Positions 38,221 to 52,580 of a stretch of 64,000 bases of DNA are shown here, piece by piece (the first letter of the stretch is position 1; each line of letters opens with the position of its first letter). Both the position numbers and the translations under genes were made by a program. The notes beneath the pieces are model-generated. The model made no database searches. It had not been told where the DNA came from and saw nothing but the letters and a program-made list of their open reading frames with translations. This DNA comes from Octopus vulgaris (Eukaryota): assembly GCA_951406725.2 (NCBI GenBank), contig OX597822.1, positions 47,368,001 through 47,432,000 of the forward strand. Direction: 5' to 3'.

Positions 38221-40909
38221 AATAATAATAATTATTATGATGATGAGGATAATGAGAATGATGATTTCTATAGGAAAGGAGACAAAAATGGGATGTTATA
38301 TCAGTCATGTCTCTATCTAAGACATATAAACAATGTGCTGTGTGAAGCAAAGTTCAAGTTGAGAATAAAAACCTTGTACAGAATCTTTGCCTCATTAAGA
38401 AAAATCCTTGTATATGTTACAACTTCTCTCCTTTATATCACGAATAACAATAGCCCAATGGGTTGAGAGGATATGGAGTGGTACTCTATCACCATGTGGT
38501 CTTTGGTACCACAAGAAAGGGTTCAAAGACTGCTAAAGTTTCAGCAATTTACAAATGTGTCCTTCAAGGGCAAAAATATCTCACAAAGAGAGAGAGAGAG
38601 AGAGGGGTGAGGGAGGGAGAGAAAGAGAGATTGTATTTTCGTAGGCAGCAGGAACACTGTATAATTGATCTGTGTTTCACCAATGTACAATAATGAGTGT
38701 AAAGTCCTCTTACCCTTTAGAGGAGAATGCCCATGCTAGAAAGAAGAGTTGATACAGCAGTACCATGAAGAAATGGAACTTCTGGTTACTACAAATTTCT
38801 TTTGGTAGGGTGGGGCAAGTTATTATTATTATCATTAATTTTTTCTCAACCAGTTTGGCTATTACCTTACCACCTTTGAGACCTGTATCGAGGGTGGGAA
38901 GGTTTATTATTACATACCTTAATACATGTGTTTAAGGGTGGTGCAGCAGTAGCCTCGACACATTGGAGACACTTTGCCAGGTGTCAAAATTAATAAACAA
39001 CAACAACAACAAAAGCAATGAACAACAACAACAACAACAATAATAGTAACAATAACAACAGAACAGTTATTTTATAAAGCGTTATAACAAAAATAAAAAA
39101 CAAAAACAATCACAAATATTCTATAAAATTTCCATGGACCCACCCTCAGCTCCTGATCCCTTCCTCAGAACCACACTTTGTTCAATCATATTTATTTTTT
39201 AGGTGTTTTTATTTTGTTCTTTGTTTTACTTAATTACTGAAAAACAGAGTGGTGGTGGTCGAGATTGGGTGGGTCTTTAAAAACAACCAAAAATAAAATT
39301 CAAAAACAAAACAACCTCAAAAAACATGTTAATGATTTTAAAATGTTAATGCATGATTATGAAAAAGCAAAGCAAGAGAGTCAAAATGAAATTTAGAGAG
39401 GGGTGGGCAGTTATGGATTCTTTTTATTTGTATAGTTTTTTTCTATTGTTTGTTAGTGCTTAGAAGAAATGCATTTTTTTTTCTTTTACTTTATTTTATT
39501 TCTTTCTGGGACAAAGCCAGAGGGAGGAGTGGAGCCTAAAGTTTTGCTTTGCAGGAAATTGAGTGAAGGGGCAGATGGGTTGAGGGCAGGTTGAAGAGGA
39601 GGGAGAGAGTTGATGGAATTGATCCCTGTTATATTGCTGGTACATATTTGATCAAATTACAAGAATTACGCACCATCAAAGCTGACTTTAAGAAGAATTG
39701 CAAGTCTGAAATGTTGAATTTGTTGAATGTTTTCAAATCTAATCGTAGAGAACCATACAAAAAACCCCATTTAGTATTCACTCTGGTACCAGAACAGTTT
39801 CTACCAATTTACTGTTCAAACAATATCTACAACAATAATAATGGTTTCTGATTCAGAGGAGAGTGTAAGTCGACATCTTCAACCCCAGCACTAGTACTTT
39901 ATTTCTTTGACCCAAAAGGGCAAGCTGACCCTCATGAGATTTCAACACAGAATGTAAAGAACCTGATGGAAAACTGCAAGCATTTGTTCCAGTGCTCTTC
40001 TGATTCTTATTACAAGCCCCACAATAATAGTAATAATAACAATAATTCTTCCTACTTTAGGCACAAGGCCTGGAATTTTGGGGGAAGGGGCCAACCGATT
40101 ACATTGACCCCAATGTTTCATATGTACTAATTTTACTGATAGTGAATTTGAACTCAGAACGTAACGGTAGATGAAATACTGCTAAGTATTTTGCCCTGCA
40201 TGCTAACATTTCTGCCAGCTTGCTGCCTTAATGATAATAATAATAATAATAATATTCTTTTCTACTCTAGGCACAAGGCCCGACATTTTTGGAGTGGGGG
40301 CCAGTCAATTAAATTGAAACCAATATGCAACTGGTACTTAATTTATCGACCCCGAAAGGATGAAAGGCAAAGTCGACCTTGACGGAATTTGAACTCAGAA
40401 TGTAAAGACAGACGAAATACCACTAAGCATTTCGCCCAGCGTCCTAATGTTTCTGCCAGCTCGCCGCCTTAAGGATAATAATAATTATAATATTAATAGT
40501 TAACATAGACCAAAATGCCAGAAAATCTTTGTGGGTATGAGTTTAGTCAATTTGATCAACTTACTCTCTCAATCTTGCATGAGCAGTATATTATTTTACT
40601 CATGCCCCTGCCCCAATCCCTGGAAAGAAAGGAGGCGAAGCCGACTCCCCTCTTCAGTAGGACTTGAACTTAGAATCATAATGGAACATGACGAAATACC
40701 ATAAGGCATTGTGTTCAATGCCCTGTCCACCCTGCTGCACAGGATAATATTATGAACAAGAAAGAAACCGTTATTGTTATTAATACTTAGAAAAATATAA
40801 TACAGTTAAAAATATATGTGTAGTGTTTGTCACGATAATACTGATTAAAAAACAAAACAAAGAAAATCAAACAGCTACAAAAATAAGAATAAATGTGTTA
40901 TATATATAT

Positions 40910-40973
<64 letters not shown>

Positions 40974-41074
40974 CATATATCTATACATATATATATGTAT
41001 GTTTATGTACATATATATATATATGTTTACACACAACCCATACATGCATATATAAATATATATACACACACACA

Positions 41075-41111
<37 letters not shown>

Positions 41112-41588
41112 GCATATATATATATGTTTACATGTATACAATATATATATATATACATACACACATACAAATTTATATATATATATCTATATACATAAAC
41201 ATATGTATATGTTTACATACACACGTTTACATATACATATATTTACATATAATACATATACATATACATATATATTTACATATACATATATATTTACATA
41301 TACATATATATATTTACATATACATATATTTACATATATATACATTTACATATATATATATGTGTGTGTATGTGTATAAACATAAATATTTATATATATA
41401 TATATATATAAACATATATATTTATATGTATCAACATATATATTTATATATCTCTAAACATATATAACAAAAGTCAGGTTTTGCTGAAGTCATAAGCTGG
41501 TAACAAATTGTGACAGAGACTGAGATTCATGCATTGTCACAGTGACAGACATCCATGGGTGTTGCTGTTTCTCTTCTCATTGCCCTCC

Positions 41589-41745
41589 TCATTCGCTAAG
41601 CTGAATGTGACGTTCTTCAGGTGGGGGGATTCTTTGCCAAGGGGACCAGCTGACGATGAACAAGACTATCCCGACAAATGCCACAAGCACCAATCCCATG
41701 CTGTTGATGAGTTTCCCTTCAAGTTCCGTTGGGTAGCTAGTTTTC
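41589..41745 (-). CDS. CYB561: Cytochrome b561 family protein, coding exon 4 (last)
   Basis: tttccag| acceptor at 41746-47. Phase-2 join gives ..FAL-KTSYPTELEGKLINSMGLVLVAFVGIVLFIVSWSPWQRIPPPEERHIQLSE-TGA. This exon is not in the ORF track. Confidence 0.9.
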
Positions 41746-42004
41746 CTGGAAAGAAATGAATTGAATTATATATATGTATTCTTTTTTTTTTATTCTTTTT
41801 ACTTGTTTCAGTCATTTGACTACGGCCATGCTGGAGCACCGCCTTTAGTAGAAAAAAAACGACCCCAGGACTTATTCTTTGTAAGCCTAGTACTTATTCT
41901 ATCAAACTGCTAAGTTATGGGGACGTAAACATACCAACATTGGCCGTCAAGCGATGGTAGGGAGGAACAAACACAGACACACAAATACATATTCACACAT
42001 ACAT

Positions 42005-42051
<47 letters not shown>

Positions 42052-42239
42052 GCTTCTTTCAGTTTCTGTCTACCAAATCCACTAACAAGGCTTCGGTTGG
42101 CTCGAGGCAATAGCAGAAAACATTTGTCCAAGGTGCCAAGCAGTGGGACTGAAACCGGAGCCATGTGATTGGAAAGTAAGCTTCTTACCACACAGCCACT
42201 CTTATATATATAATGTTTGTGTATGTCATCATCATTTAA

Positions 42240-42458
42240 TCCTTTTATTACCGTATTTATTTTGAGATGCTGTGTTTCTTTCAATTACTTTAAATATAAC
42301 AAAGAATTTAGTAAAGTGACTTAGTTATCATTAAGCTGGCATTAGGAACATAAATTGTGACTAAGGTTTTGGTGGAAGATTTTAATTCAAAACTTATGGA
42401 AACAAGACATTTGTACTCAAAGCCAGAGCCAGTTTCAGCCGGTTTGGTAACGAAAGGG
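42240..42458. mobile_element. piggyBac-like MITE
   Basis: TTAA on both sides (42236-39, 42459-62) and TIR-like tccttttattacc / ggtaacgaaaggg. Confidence 0.65.
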
Positions 42459-42887
42459 TTAAAGTCTGTTTTCCATGCTGGCACAGGTTGTACAGTTTGA
42501 CAGGAGATGGCAGAAGACAGCACCAAGCTCTAGAGTCTGTTTTCCGTGCTGGCACAGGTTGTACAGTTTGACAGGAGATGGCAATTCAGAAGACAGCACC
42601 AAGCTCTAGAATCTGCTTTGGAATGGTTTACATGGCTGGATGCCCTTTCTAATGCCATGTCCATCATCATCGTTTAATGTCCCCTTTCCATGCTGGCTAG
42701 CAGGGAGCTGTCTAGACTCCAGTTGTGGCATGGTTTCTACAGCAGGATGCCCTTTCTAATGCCAAACACTTAGCAAAGTGTGCTGGGGGCTTCTTACATA
42801 CCAAATTCACTGTACTCTTCATATATCTATATATGTACACACACACATATATCTATATATACATATGTACATACAGACATAGGTATA

Positions 42888-42923
<36 letters not shown>

Positions 42924-42935
42924 GACAGACAGACA

Positions 42936-42987
<52 letters not shown>

Positions 42988-43228
42988 TACACACACAAAA
43001 TGGGTTCCTTTCAGTTTCCATCTACCAAATATTTTCACAAGGCTTTGGTTGGCCTGAGGCTATAGTGGAAGGCACCTGCTCAAATGACCACGCAGTGGGA
43101 CTGAACCTGGAAACATGTTGTTGGGAAGCAAACCTCTTACCACATAGCCATGTCTGTGCACACACACATACACACACACAAATAAAATTATAACAGCTAA
43201 AATTCTCCACAATCCATTGGATACTTAC

Positions 43229-43383
43229 AAAGCGAAAATTGCCTTCTCAGTCATGCCGGTCAAGCATGAAATAGCTGCCATTACCAGGATGGCCTTTCCA
43301 ATGAAAGTATGGATGGGCATCAACTGTTCTCGCAAATTATAGCTGATACCAGGCCACAAGAAACTAAAAAATGCAACAACAAC
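43229..43383 (-). CDS. CYB561: Cytochrome b561 family protein, coding exon 3
   Basis: ttgcag|VVVAFFSFLWPG..MPIHTFIG..GMTEKAIFA|gtaagt; 155 nt, phase 0 to 2. Contains the 4th haem-ligand His and the TEK motif. Confidence 0.93.
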
Positions 43384-45027
43384 CTGCAATGAGATGAGAA
43401 AATCTTCATTAAAAATCAAGAGTTGTAAAATAAACAATGTGGTGTTGGGCAGCATTGGATTGCAATGCGCAGTCTTGGGTAGGGAATGTGCAATGTTTGA
43501 TGGTAATGTGTATTGCTGAGCAATAGAGCATTACATTGTGCAATGTAGTGCTGTGTTGTGGTGTCATAATTTACAATGCTGTTATGTGCAGCTTTGTGCA
43601 AGGTAAGGTTTAATGTGCAGTGTTGTGCAGTGCTATAATGAGCAGCATTGTATTGTACAGTGCAATGTCATTAGAGTGTTGTTTTATGCATCATTGTGCA
43701 TTCTTGGATTGTACAGGACTGTGTTGTATTGCACAGCACTGTTGTGCTATGTAGAATGATATGTTGCATTCTGGAGTGCAGCAGGAAATTTTGCATAAGT
43801 AAGAGACAGATCTCATCATGGATGCCACATGTGTAGTACTTGTTGGCATGGTGCACCCAGTGCTGGCAGTATGGTAACACATCCAGTAGTACAACAGTCA
43901 CTTATTATGTACTGCAATGCAACAGCTGAGTGTTTCTTTGCTATCACAAAGAAACTATGTAGGGGAGGACTGTAACACCAGATTCCATGATATCTACACT
44001 GCTATAATAAAGTGCAATATGACAGCACCAGGTGGCACTACTGTTCCATGCAAACTGCACTTTTTAATAAAGTACCAGTCAAATACAGGAATCAATAACC
44101 AGCTTGCCCCCTCCTTTCAAAATTGATGGATTCATGCCAAAGATTAGAAAGAATTGTTATAATGAACATACCAAACATGTCTAGAGATTTGTTAGGCAAC
44201 ATTATGATATCATCATCATCATCATCAACGTCTGTTTTTCATGCTGGCATGGGTTGATAGGAGCTGGCAAGGCCAGGAGATGCACTAGGTTTCATTGTCT
44301 GTTTTGGCATGGTTTCGGTAGCTAGATGCCCTTCCTAATGCCAACCACTTTACAAAGTGTACAGGGTGTTTTTTTACAAGTTGGGGATGAAAAGTGCATG
44401 TATGTGGCGGGAGAGAAGATTGACAGGGCAGAGTCCATGCTTGAGAACAGAAAAAAGCGGGAAAAGCAGTAAATAGCATGTTTCAGTGAAACATAGCACT
44501 TTTAACACATATTTTATGTACTTCACTCATTGGACTGCGGCCATGCTTGAGCACAGCCTTGATGGGCTGGACAACCTTCCCACCATACTTATTCATAAGA
44601 TTGGCATTTAATCTATTGGTCTCTTTTGCTAAATTCATGTGTTAAAGGGACATAAACAAACCATGTCGGTTGTCATATGATGGAGGGGTGGGGAACAAAC
44701 ACACACACACATATAAATACATATCATGATCATCATTTAGTGTCCGTTGTCCATGCTGGCATGGGTTGGATGGTCTGACCAGGGCTGGAAAGCTGAGGGG
44801 CTGCACCAGACTCCAGTCTGATTTAGCATGGTTTCTACAGACTGTAATGGGTGCTTTTATGTGTCATTGGCAAAACAGTCTGTCACTAGTTGGCTTGCGG
44901 CTACAGTAGAAGACACTTGGCCAAGATGTGGAGCAGTGGGACTGAACCCGAAACAACAGGATTGCAAAAGGGGCTTCTTAACCACCCACAGAAGAAAAAA
45001 TGGGGGAAAATAGAATTATTAACAAAC

Positions 45028-45236
45028 CTGCAATGAAAACAAAAGGACGGTAGTTAAACCGAGCCAGGAATGCAAAGTATACATGTTAGGTATCGGGGTC
45101 TGAGCCAAGTTGTGAGTGTCAAACACTGCTTTGATGCCAACAATGGCAAAAACTAGAGATGCTATTTGCATGACACCATGCAACACCTTGATGCAGTATT
45201 TCTGCTGATTCCGAAACACTCGGTAGGTCATAAGAG
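45028..45236 (-). CDS. CYB561: Cytochrome b561 family protein, coding exon 2
   Basis: ttttcag|(A)LMTYRVFR..KVLHG..AVFDTHN..PNMYTLHSWLG..LQ|gtttgt; 209 nt. Matches the family motifs ALxxYRVFR and (S/T)LHSW. Confidence 0.95.
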
Positions 45237-45344
45237 CTGAAAAGAAGGAGAAAAAAGTTCAATAGTTAGATTGAGAGAAAAATATTTGCATAATACAAGC
45301 ATTAGGAGCAAATGAAGATGTATTTTACTAATTTCAGGAGAGGA

Positions 45345-45790
45345 AATGGGGCTCATTCCATGGAATGGTATCATATCTCTTCTCTAAGAGAATTTCAAAA
45401 GCCAATGGTCAGTGTAGAAAGTAATGGTGAGTGTTTGGCAAGGATGACAAGAGCATCATTCTCCTTGATTTTCTGCAATGAGCAGTGAACATTATATTGA
45501 AACACGCAAAAAGTTGAGAGAAACCATTAGGAGGAAGGAACAGACCAAGAATCTGAAAATGATTCACATTCATAATAGCAACGACAAAAACAAGCAGAGA
45601 ATTCAGTTGGTAAGTGGTTTCCCATCCACTCAACAGACTAGATCTTCTGATGCGCTCCGGCTTGTGAGTTTTTGGTCAAATGAAGAACAGTTTTCAGGTA
45701 AAATGATTTCATGAAAGTCACTGTGAAGAGATGGGTACAATTCAAAAGTTGGGTTCAACGAGGGGGCAAACACATTGCTTCTAACAGAGA
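45345..45790 (+). mobile_element. Mariner transposase fossil in an intron
   Basis: Remnants KVMVSV, IILLDFL, SEHYIET.KKLRETIRRK; heavily disrupted. Confidence 0.55.
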
Positions 45791-45870
45791 CTATGTTGAG
45801 TTGTATATATGAAGGTTTACTTTGCCAACATGTATGTGTTTGTACATTTATATATTTATGGTCTACATGC

Positions 45871-45902
<32 letters not shown>

Positions 45903-46952
45903 ATCACCATTGTTTAACATCCGTTTTCCATGCTGGCATGAGTTGGACAGTTTGACTGAGGACTGGCAAGCCAGGAGGCTGCACCAAGCTCCAACCTGAT
46001 CTGGCAAGGTTTCTACAGCTGGATGCTCTTTCTAACGCCAACCACTCCGAGAGTGTACTGGGGTTGGGGGGAGGCTGGCATCGACCACGTTTGGATGGTG
46101 TTTTTTACATGACACCAGCATGGGAGCCAGTCAGGCGCCACTGGCAACGACCCATGCATAAATGGCGTTTATTGCATGCCACCCACACGAGAGCCTGTCA
46201 GGCAGCACTGGCATCGGCCACAACAACAATTTCCATTTTGATTGTGATTTGATTTTGACTCAATGGGTCTCCTCAAGCATAGTGTGTCACCCGACAATTC
46301 AAAGGTACTTTTTAAATGGGCTGGTTATGCGGCACTGGTGTGTGTATACAATATCTAAATCATTCTGTACATATCACAGTTTTAATAGCAAGTTATATGA
46401 ACCTGAGATGAAATGGTTTTCACTGTTGGGTCACCAGCATGCACTGGACACCCACCCTCGATGGGAAGAGAAACTGCTCTTGACAACTGCAGCCTAATAC
46501 ACACACACACACAAATTGAACACAAATTGAAAAAACTAAAACAAAAGGACAGAGACAGGTGAGGAAACAACAGGTAAGCTGTATTAGTTTGACACTCAGG
46601 AAAGCTGGAAAGTCTTTGACATTTCAAGCCTATGCTCTTTTACAGAAAGGGGTAAACAGAGAAAACAGATGGAGAGAGAAATGTTATACACACACACACA
46701 CATATATATATATACATACACACACACATACTTAGTATACATGGCCTCTCACACCCTCACACCTGTCCTACAATGTTATTCTAAAAATAAACAATCACAT
46801 CATCAAAATTTCAAAGCCAGGAGATAATGCATGATTAATTCAAAATAATGTGAATGCATTTGACAGAGTAATCTAAATGCTAAAGGGTTGAGGTGAACAT
46901 CACACACACACACACACACAAAATAATTGGGAAGTTATGTACATCAACTTAC

Positions 46953-47169
46953 CTTCTGCATTAATCAAGATGAAACCAATAACCATGAAGAGTGGGTGGT
47001 AGTTGAATTGTAGGTTGAGATCTGTCTGCCAAGCAAAACCTCCACGATAATGACCGAGCCAGAAAGATAACAAAACTATCAAAACCAGGCCCAATAATTG
47101 ACTGAAAACCACTGAGACTGTGAAACCCTTCAGGTTACTGGGATTTTCACCTTCTTCGTAGGAATCCAT
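46953..47169 (-). CDS. CYB561: Cytochrome b561 family protein, coding exon 1
   Basis: tttcag|ATA-ATG; MDSYEE..WLGHYRGGFAW..QFNYHPLFMVIG..NAE-G|gtaagt; 217 nt. The four exons total 738 nt = 245 aa plus stop. The symbol denotes the family; orthology to CYB561, CYBRD1 or CYB561A3 is unresolved. Confidence 0.95.
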
Positions 47170-48189
47170 TATCTGAAATAAAGACAAAACAAGAAATATT
47201 TAACTTCGGTAAATCTTTCTAAAGTAAATAACTTCTACTTCATTCGACATGAAGTGGGGGGGAGGGGAGATAAAACGATAGATCCCATGTTTTAGCAAAG
47301 GGATTCATAAGCTTTGATTTCATTGGTTGAGAGAACAAAAGATTCCTTGGGTTGTACAGATTCGATTCAGAGGAACCAACTCATGCCAGCATGGAAAGCA
47401 GATGTTAAACGATGATGATGATGAACCAGGATTATTTATGACTCTAGTTCAGCTCTGATTCCGAACATCTGTATCATCATCATCATCATCATCATCACCA
47501 ACTTCTGGACACTAGTGGCTCAAACCTGAGAACTCATAGGGCCAGTTACCTAGTTTCCATGGTGTGTAATACGCATCTCTGAATGGGACACAAGTTTGTT
47601 GCAAATTTACTCATTTACAGCTGAGTGTACTCAGCCAACGTGAAATGAAGTGTTTTGCTCAAGAATACAATGCAATGCCTGGTCTGGGAATCAAAACAAT
47701 GATCTTGCAATCATGAGTGCAACACCCTAACCACTGGGCCAATTTGAACTGTTATTGACCCCACCCAGCAATAAGTGATGAAAGTTAGCCTTGGCAAGAT
47801 TTGAACTCAGATTGTAATGGGTTGCAGGGTTACTCAGCTACAGCTGACTGGACTGGAGCAAGATGGCATGTTTTGCTCAAGAACACAAAACACCACCCAG
47901 CCTGGGAATTGAAACAGTGATCTTGAAAGTGTGTGTGTGTGTGTGCAATATTGTAATCACTAAGGTGACACATGTTCAATAGTTTTACAGACTATTTTTT
48001 TAAAAATGACAATGAAACTTTTCTTCAAAATTGAACAGGAGACCAAACTAAACATTGGTACAGGCTGGGCCTGGTTTGTGGGCCTTATGTTTGACACCCT
48101 CACTGGCTTTTGAAGGTTGGGAAACCAACAACTATCCAGACTTTTGTCATTGGCAAGAAATTAAAGTTAGAAGAAATACTAGAAAAAAA

Positions 48190-48523
48190 ACAAAATACTG
48201 GCACTCTGTGAGTTATGATGATGAGGGATCCAGTTGATATGATCAATGGAACAACTTGCTTGTGAAATTAACGTGCAAGTGGTTGAGTACTCCACAGACA
48301 CGTGTACCCTTAATGTAGTTCTCAGATAGATTCAGCGTGATACAGAGTGTGACAAGGCTCGCCCTTTTGCAATACAGGTACATCTCATTTTTGCCAGCTG
48401 AGTGGACTGGAGTGATGTGAAATAAAGTGTCTTGCTCAAGGACACAATGCATCACCGGGAATTGAACTCACGACTGTACGATTGTGAGCTGAATGCCCTA
48501 ACCACTAAGCCATGCGCCTTCAC
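48190..48523 (-). mobile_element. tRNA-derived SINE related to 7741-8127
   Basis: Shared body sequence and probable TSD gttagaagaaa (about 48166 and 48525). Confidence 0.8.
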
Positions 48524-51354
48524 TGTTAGAAGAAACAAGCAAAGCAAAACAACAATAGAAATGTGATTTGAACCTGTGTCGGAAACATAGCTTCTAGCAA
48601 CTCATCACTTCTCTATAGCATTAACATTGTATGTATGTGTGTCTTTCTCTCTCTATTTGTTAAATTGCTCATATCACTATCCCCTATAGGGTGTGTGTGT
48701 GTGTGTGTGGGGGGGGGTAATGGACATTTTGGCACAGCCTGTTTGGCTAATTCAACACTGACTTATTTCACATCAAACACTTTGTTGTTTCTCACATTCC
48801 CTTACTTACCTCTCTCCCTCTCTTTCTCACATGACCGAAGTTCATCATCTTTCTTTCTCCTCTCTCCATCACTCTTTGTTTCACACACACACACACACAC
48901 AAACAACTACAGCAAAGACATATGCTCATACACACATGCATACACTTACAAAAAAATAGATATCCACACACACACACACACAAATAAATACACTCTCACA
49001 CATACATATACCTTTAAACACACATACATGCCCTCAAACACAAAGACTTAATCCTCACACACATGTGCATACACCAATCTCATGCACTATATACACACAC
49101 TCACACACATACATATATAGCTTTAAACACAGACACATACCCTTGCATACACCTACACACACTTCAAGCTTCTTGCCTTGAGCTTTTAATCAGTCCATAC
49201 TGTTACACTATAGCTACTAGCTAACATGTCAGCCTACCAGGATCAGCTAGCTAAGACACCTGTTCTATACAATTAGTTCCACATCCACTCTACTCCTATC
49301 ACTTTTACATCCACCTGTTTCACTAAACCACTCACACAAAAGAAAAAAAACAAACAAATATTTCTCAATTTCAAACAGTTTGTTCAACATTGATTTCAAA
49401 TTTTGGCACAAGACCAGCAATTTCGAGGAAACAGACTAGTCAATTACATTGACCCTGGTGTTCAACTGGTACTTATTTTGTCCAGCCCCAAAGGATGGCA
49501 GGTGAAGTTGACCTTGGAAGAATTTGAACTTAAAGCGTAAAAATTAATGAAATGCTGTCCGGCACAGTAACAATTTTGTCAGCTCACCGCCTTAATAATA
49601 ATAATAATTCTTTCTACTAGAGGCACAAGGCCTGAAACTTTTGGGGGAGCGGACTAGTTGATTACATCAACCCCAGTGTTTCACTGGTACTTAATTTATC
49701 ATCCCAAAAAGATGAAATGCAAAGTCAACCTGGTTTATTTTTTCTTCTTTATTTTTTTTTTACTTGTTCCTTTGTCTTTCTTTCTCTCTTCAACAACTGC
49801 CATGTTTAATTTCCATTTTTGAATTAGTGGAATGATGAAGGGGCGATGGAGTGTTGCTTTGTTTGTTTGTTTATGTTTTATTTCTTACTTGTTTCAGTCA
49901 TTAGACTGTGGCCATGCTGGGGCAACCCCACTACTTAGCCTTTTTTAAATCTGTTATTTATTCTATTGGCTTTTTTTTTTTTTTTGCTGAAACATTGAGT
50001 TACGGGGACATAAACACACCAACACCAGTTATCAAGCAGTAGTGGGGAACAAACACAGATACAAAGATGTACACATATTATGAGTGTATACATATTCTTT
50101 TATTCTTTTACTAGTTTCAGTCATTTGACTGCGGTCATACTGGAGCACCACCTATAGTTGAACAAATCGCCCCCATGACTTATTCTTTGTAAGCCTAGTA
50201 CTTACTATAGCGGTCTCCTTTGCTGAACTGCTAAGTTATTGGGATGTACACATGCCAACATCAGTTGTCAAGCGATGGTTGGGGGGACAAACACGAACAC
50301 AAATACACGCATACATGTGTGTATATATATATATATACGACGGGTTTCTTTCAGTTTCCGTCTACCAAATCCACTCACAAGGCTTTGGTCAGCCTGAAGC
50401 TATAGTAGAAGACATTTGCCCAAGGTGCCATGCAGTGGGACTGAACCCAGAACCATGTGGTTGGGAAGCAAACTTCTTACCATACAGCCATGTTCATTTT
50501 AAATTGTTTTCGTTTCTAATAATAAATAATTGAACCAAAATAAATGCAACACAAATGTAAACAGCTGTTTTCAACACTCAAAGACTCTTAATTTCAAAGA
50601 ACACCAGAAACAGCAGCAACAATATATTGGACAAGAGAATCACACAGAGTCACAGAGAATTGCAGAGAACAATAAACACAACTGGTTTATTTTTTTTCTT
50701 CTTTATTTTTTTTTACTTGTTCTATTGTCTTTCTTTCTCTCTTCAACAGCTGCTATGTTTAATTTCCATTTTTGAATTCACTTTCTTCCTCTTCTTTTAT
50801 CATTTCATTTATAATTAATCACAGTCAGCATCATTCTGATTGCCATCATTGTCAACATCTTTCAGCCACATCAATACCACTGTTGTGATCATCATCATCA
50901 TCATCATCACCATGATCATATTAACTGCTGTCACTAGCTTCATGTATCCTATAACCAGCCACCATCATTCCACCACCTCCTCCTCCTCCTCCTCCACCCT
51001 CATGAACATTGTGATTGTCTTCTTCCTTTTCCAGAATCTCAGAATCATTCTTCACCATCTTTGATTTCAGTTCTTACTGCTGCACCTAACTTGTCCATTT
51101 CCGATGAAATAGACACCAGGAATAAGTACACACACACACACACAGATTAAATGACTTCGAATACTGCAGCATAAGAGACAGAGATAGAAATGTGTGGAGA
51201 GAGGGGGGAGGGGGAGAAAGACAAACAGACAGACACATATACATATTTCTTTTTCTTTTACTTGTTTCACTCATTACACTGTGGCCATGATAGGGAACTG
51301 CCTTAAAGAATTTTTAGTTGAATGAATCAGCCCTATGTGTATATATATACATAC

Positions 51355-51441
<87 letters not shown>

Positions 51442-52059
51442 AAGATAAAAATGTAAATGGATAGAGAAAACAGTTAAAAAGACAACAACAACAACAAACT
51501 ACATTCCAACTACTGCAAACGCCACTACTACAGTTACTGCAATCAGTACACTCCCAGTGCACCACAATTACTACAAATACCTGAAACTAGCACACCACTG
51601 CACTATTACACTATTGCAACCACAATCATCACTACCACTATCCCACACCAACTACAACAATAACCATACCATTATGTCAAATCACATTTCCATGCTAACA
51701 GCACTAGCCAAGAGAATGATGAATGAAGTCTTCGTTGCCCACCTGTTTTCTTTATTTCATTTCATTAGACAAGAGGAAATACTGGAGGAAACCTGGTAAT
51801 TTTACCAACAGGAACATCATTTTAATATGCTGAAGACTGTCTTGAAGAATGTGTAAAGGAATGCCATAGAAGTTGACAGAATGTGTGTGTGCGTGTGTGT
51901 GGAACAAATTGGAGTCTTGTTTTATTTATTCAATCTTATTTGAGAGGACATCAAATGGTAATGTAAGACATGAATATGCATGGACACATTTTTCTACATG
52001 TGTGTGTGTGTGTGTATGTATGTATACATACCAAACATATATGCATGTGTGTGTGTATG

Positions 52060-52098
<39 letters not shown>

Positions 52099-52187
52099 AA
52101 GAGACATGTGTATGTATCAACATCATTAAATGAAGAAATGATATGTATACACCCACATCTCTTTCTTTCTTTCTCTCTCTAATATTC

Positions 52188-52225
<38 letters not shown>

Positions 52226-52387
52226 TAATAATAATAATAAGTGAAGAGTTAAGTTTATAGTATTTACAGTGGGATAAATGTAATTCCATAAACTCCACTT
52301 TTATTATTATTTAAACTCTGTGACAAAAGTAAAACTTATGGATTTTTTTTTTTGTTCAAAACCTGAGTTTCTATAGGAGAAAATTAC

Positions 52388-52580
52388 CTTCATACAATTT
52401 CTTAGAGCTGCTTCCTGAGTTAACCAATATATACCCCTGGTTGTGTTTTTGTACTGCAAAACCTGCTCCTGCTTGTTTGGACATGAACTCACTAGGAAGC
52501 ATTTGACCGAGCACACGAAATGTTCCGGAGGGAGTCGACACCCGTAGCTAACAGTTGCATATTGTCCTTCTCTTCCAGAT
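52388..52580 (-). other. Candidate upstream (5' UTR or alternative start) exon of the cytochrome b561 gene
   Basis: Unique sequence ending ATGAAG|GTAATT. Splicing to 47172 would give in-frame MK-I-MDSY. Confidence 0.35.

Noticed and set aside
41577-41620. Dileucine lysosomal signal or stop read-through in cytochrome b561
   Set aside because: EERHIQL does not fit [DE]xxxL[LI], and a second in-frame TGA follows four codons later.
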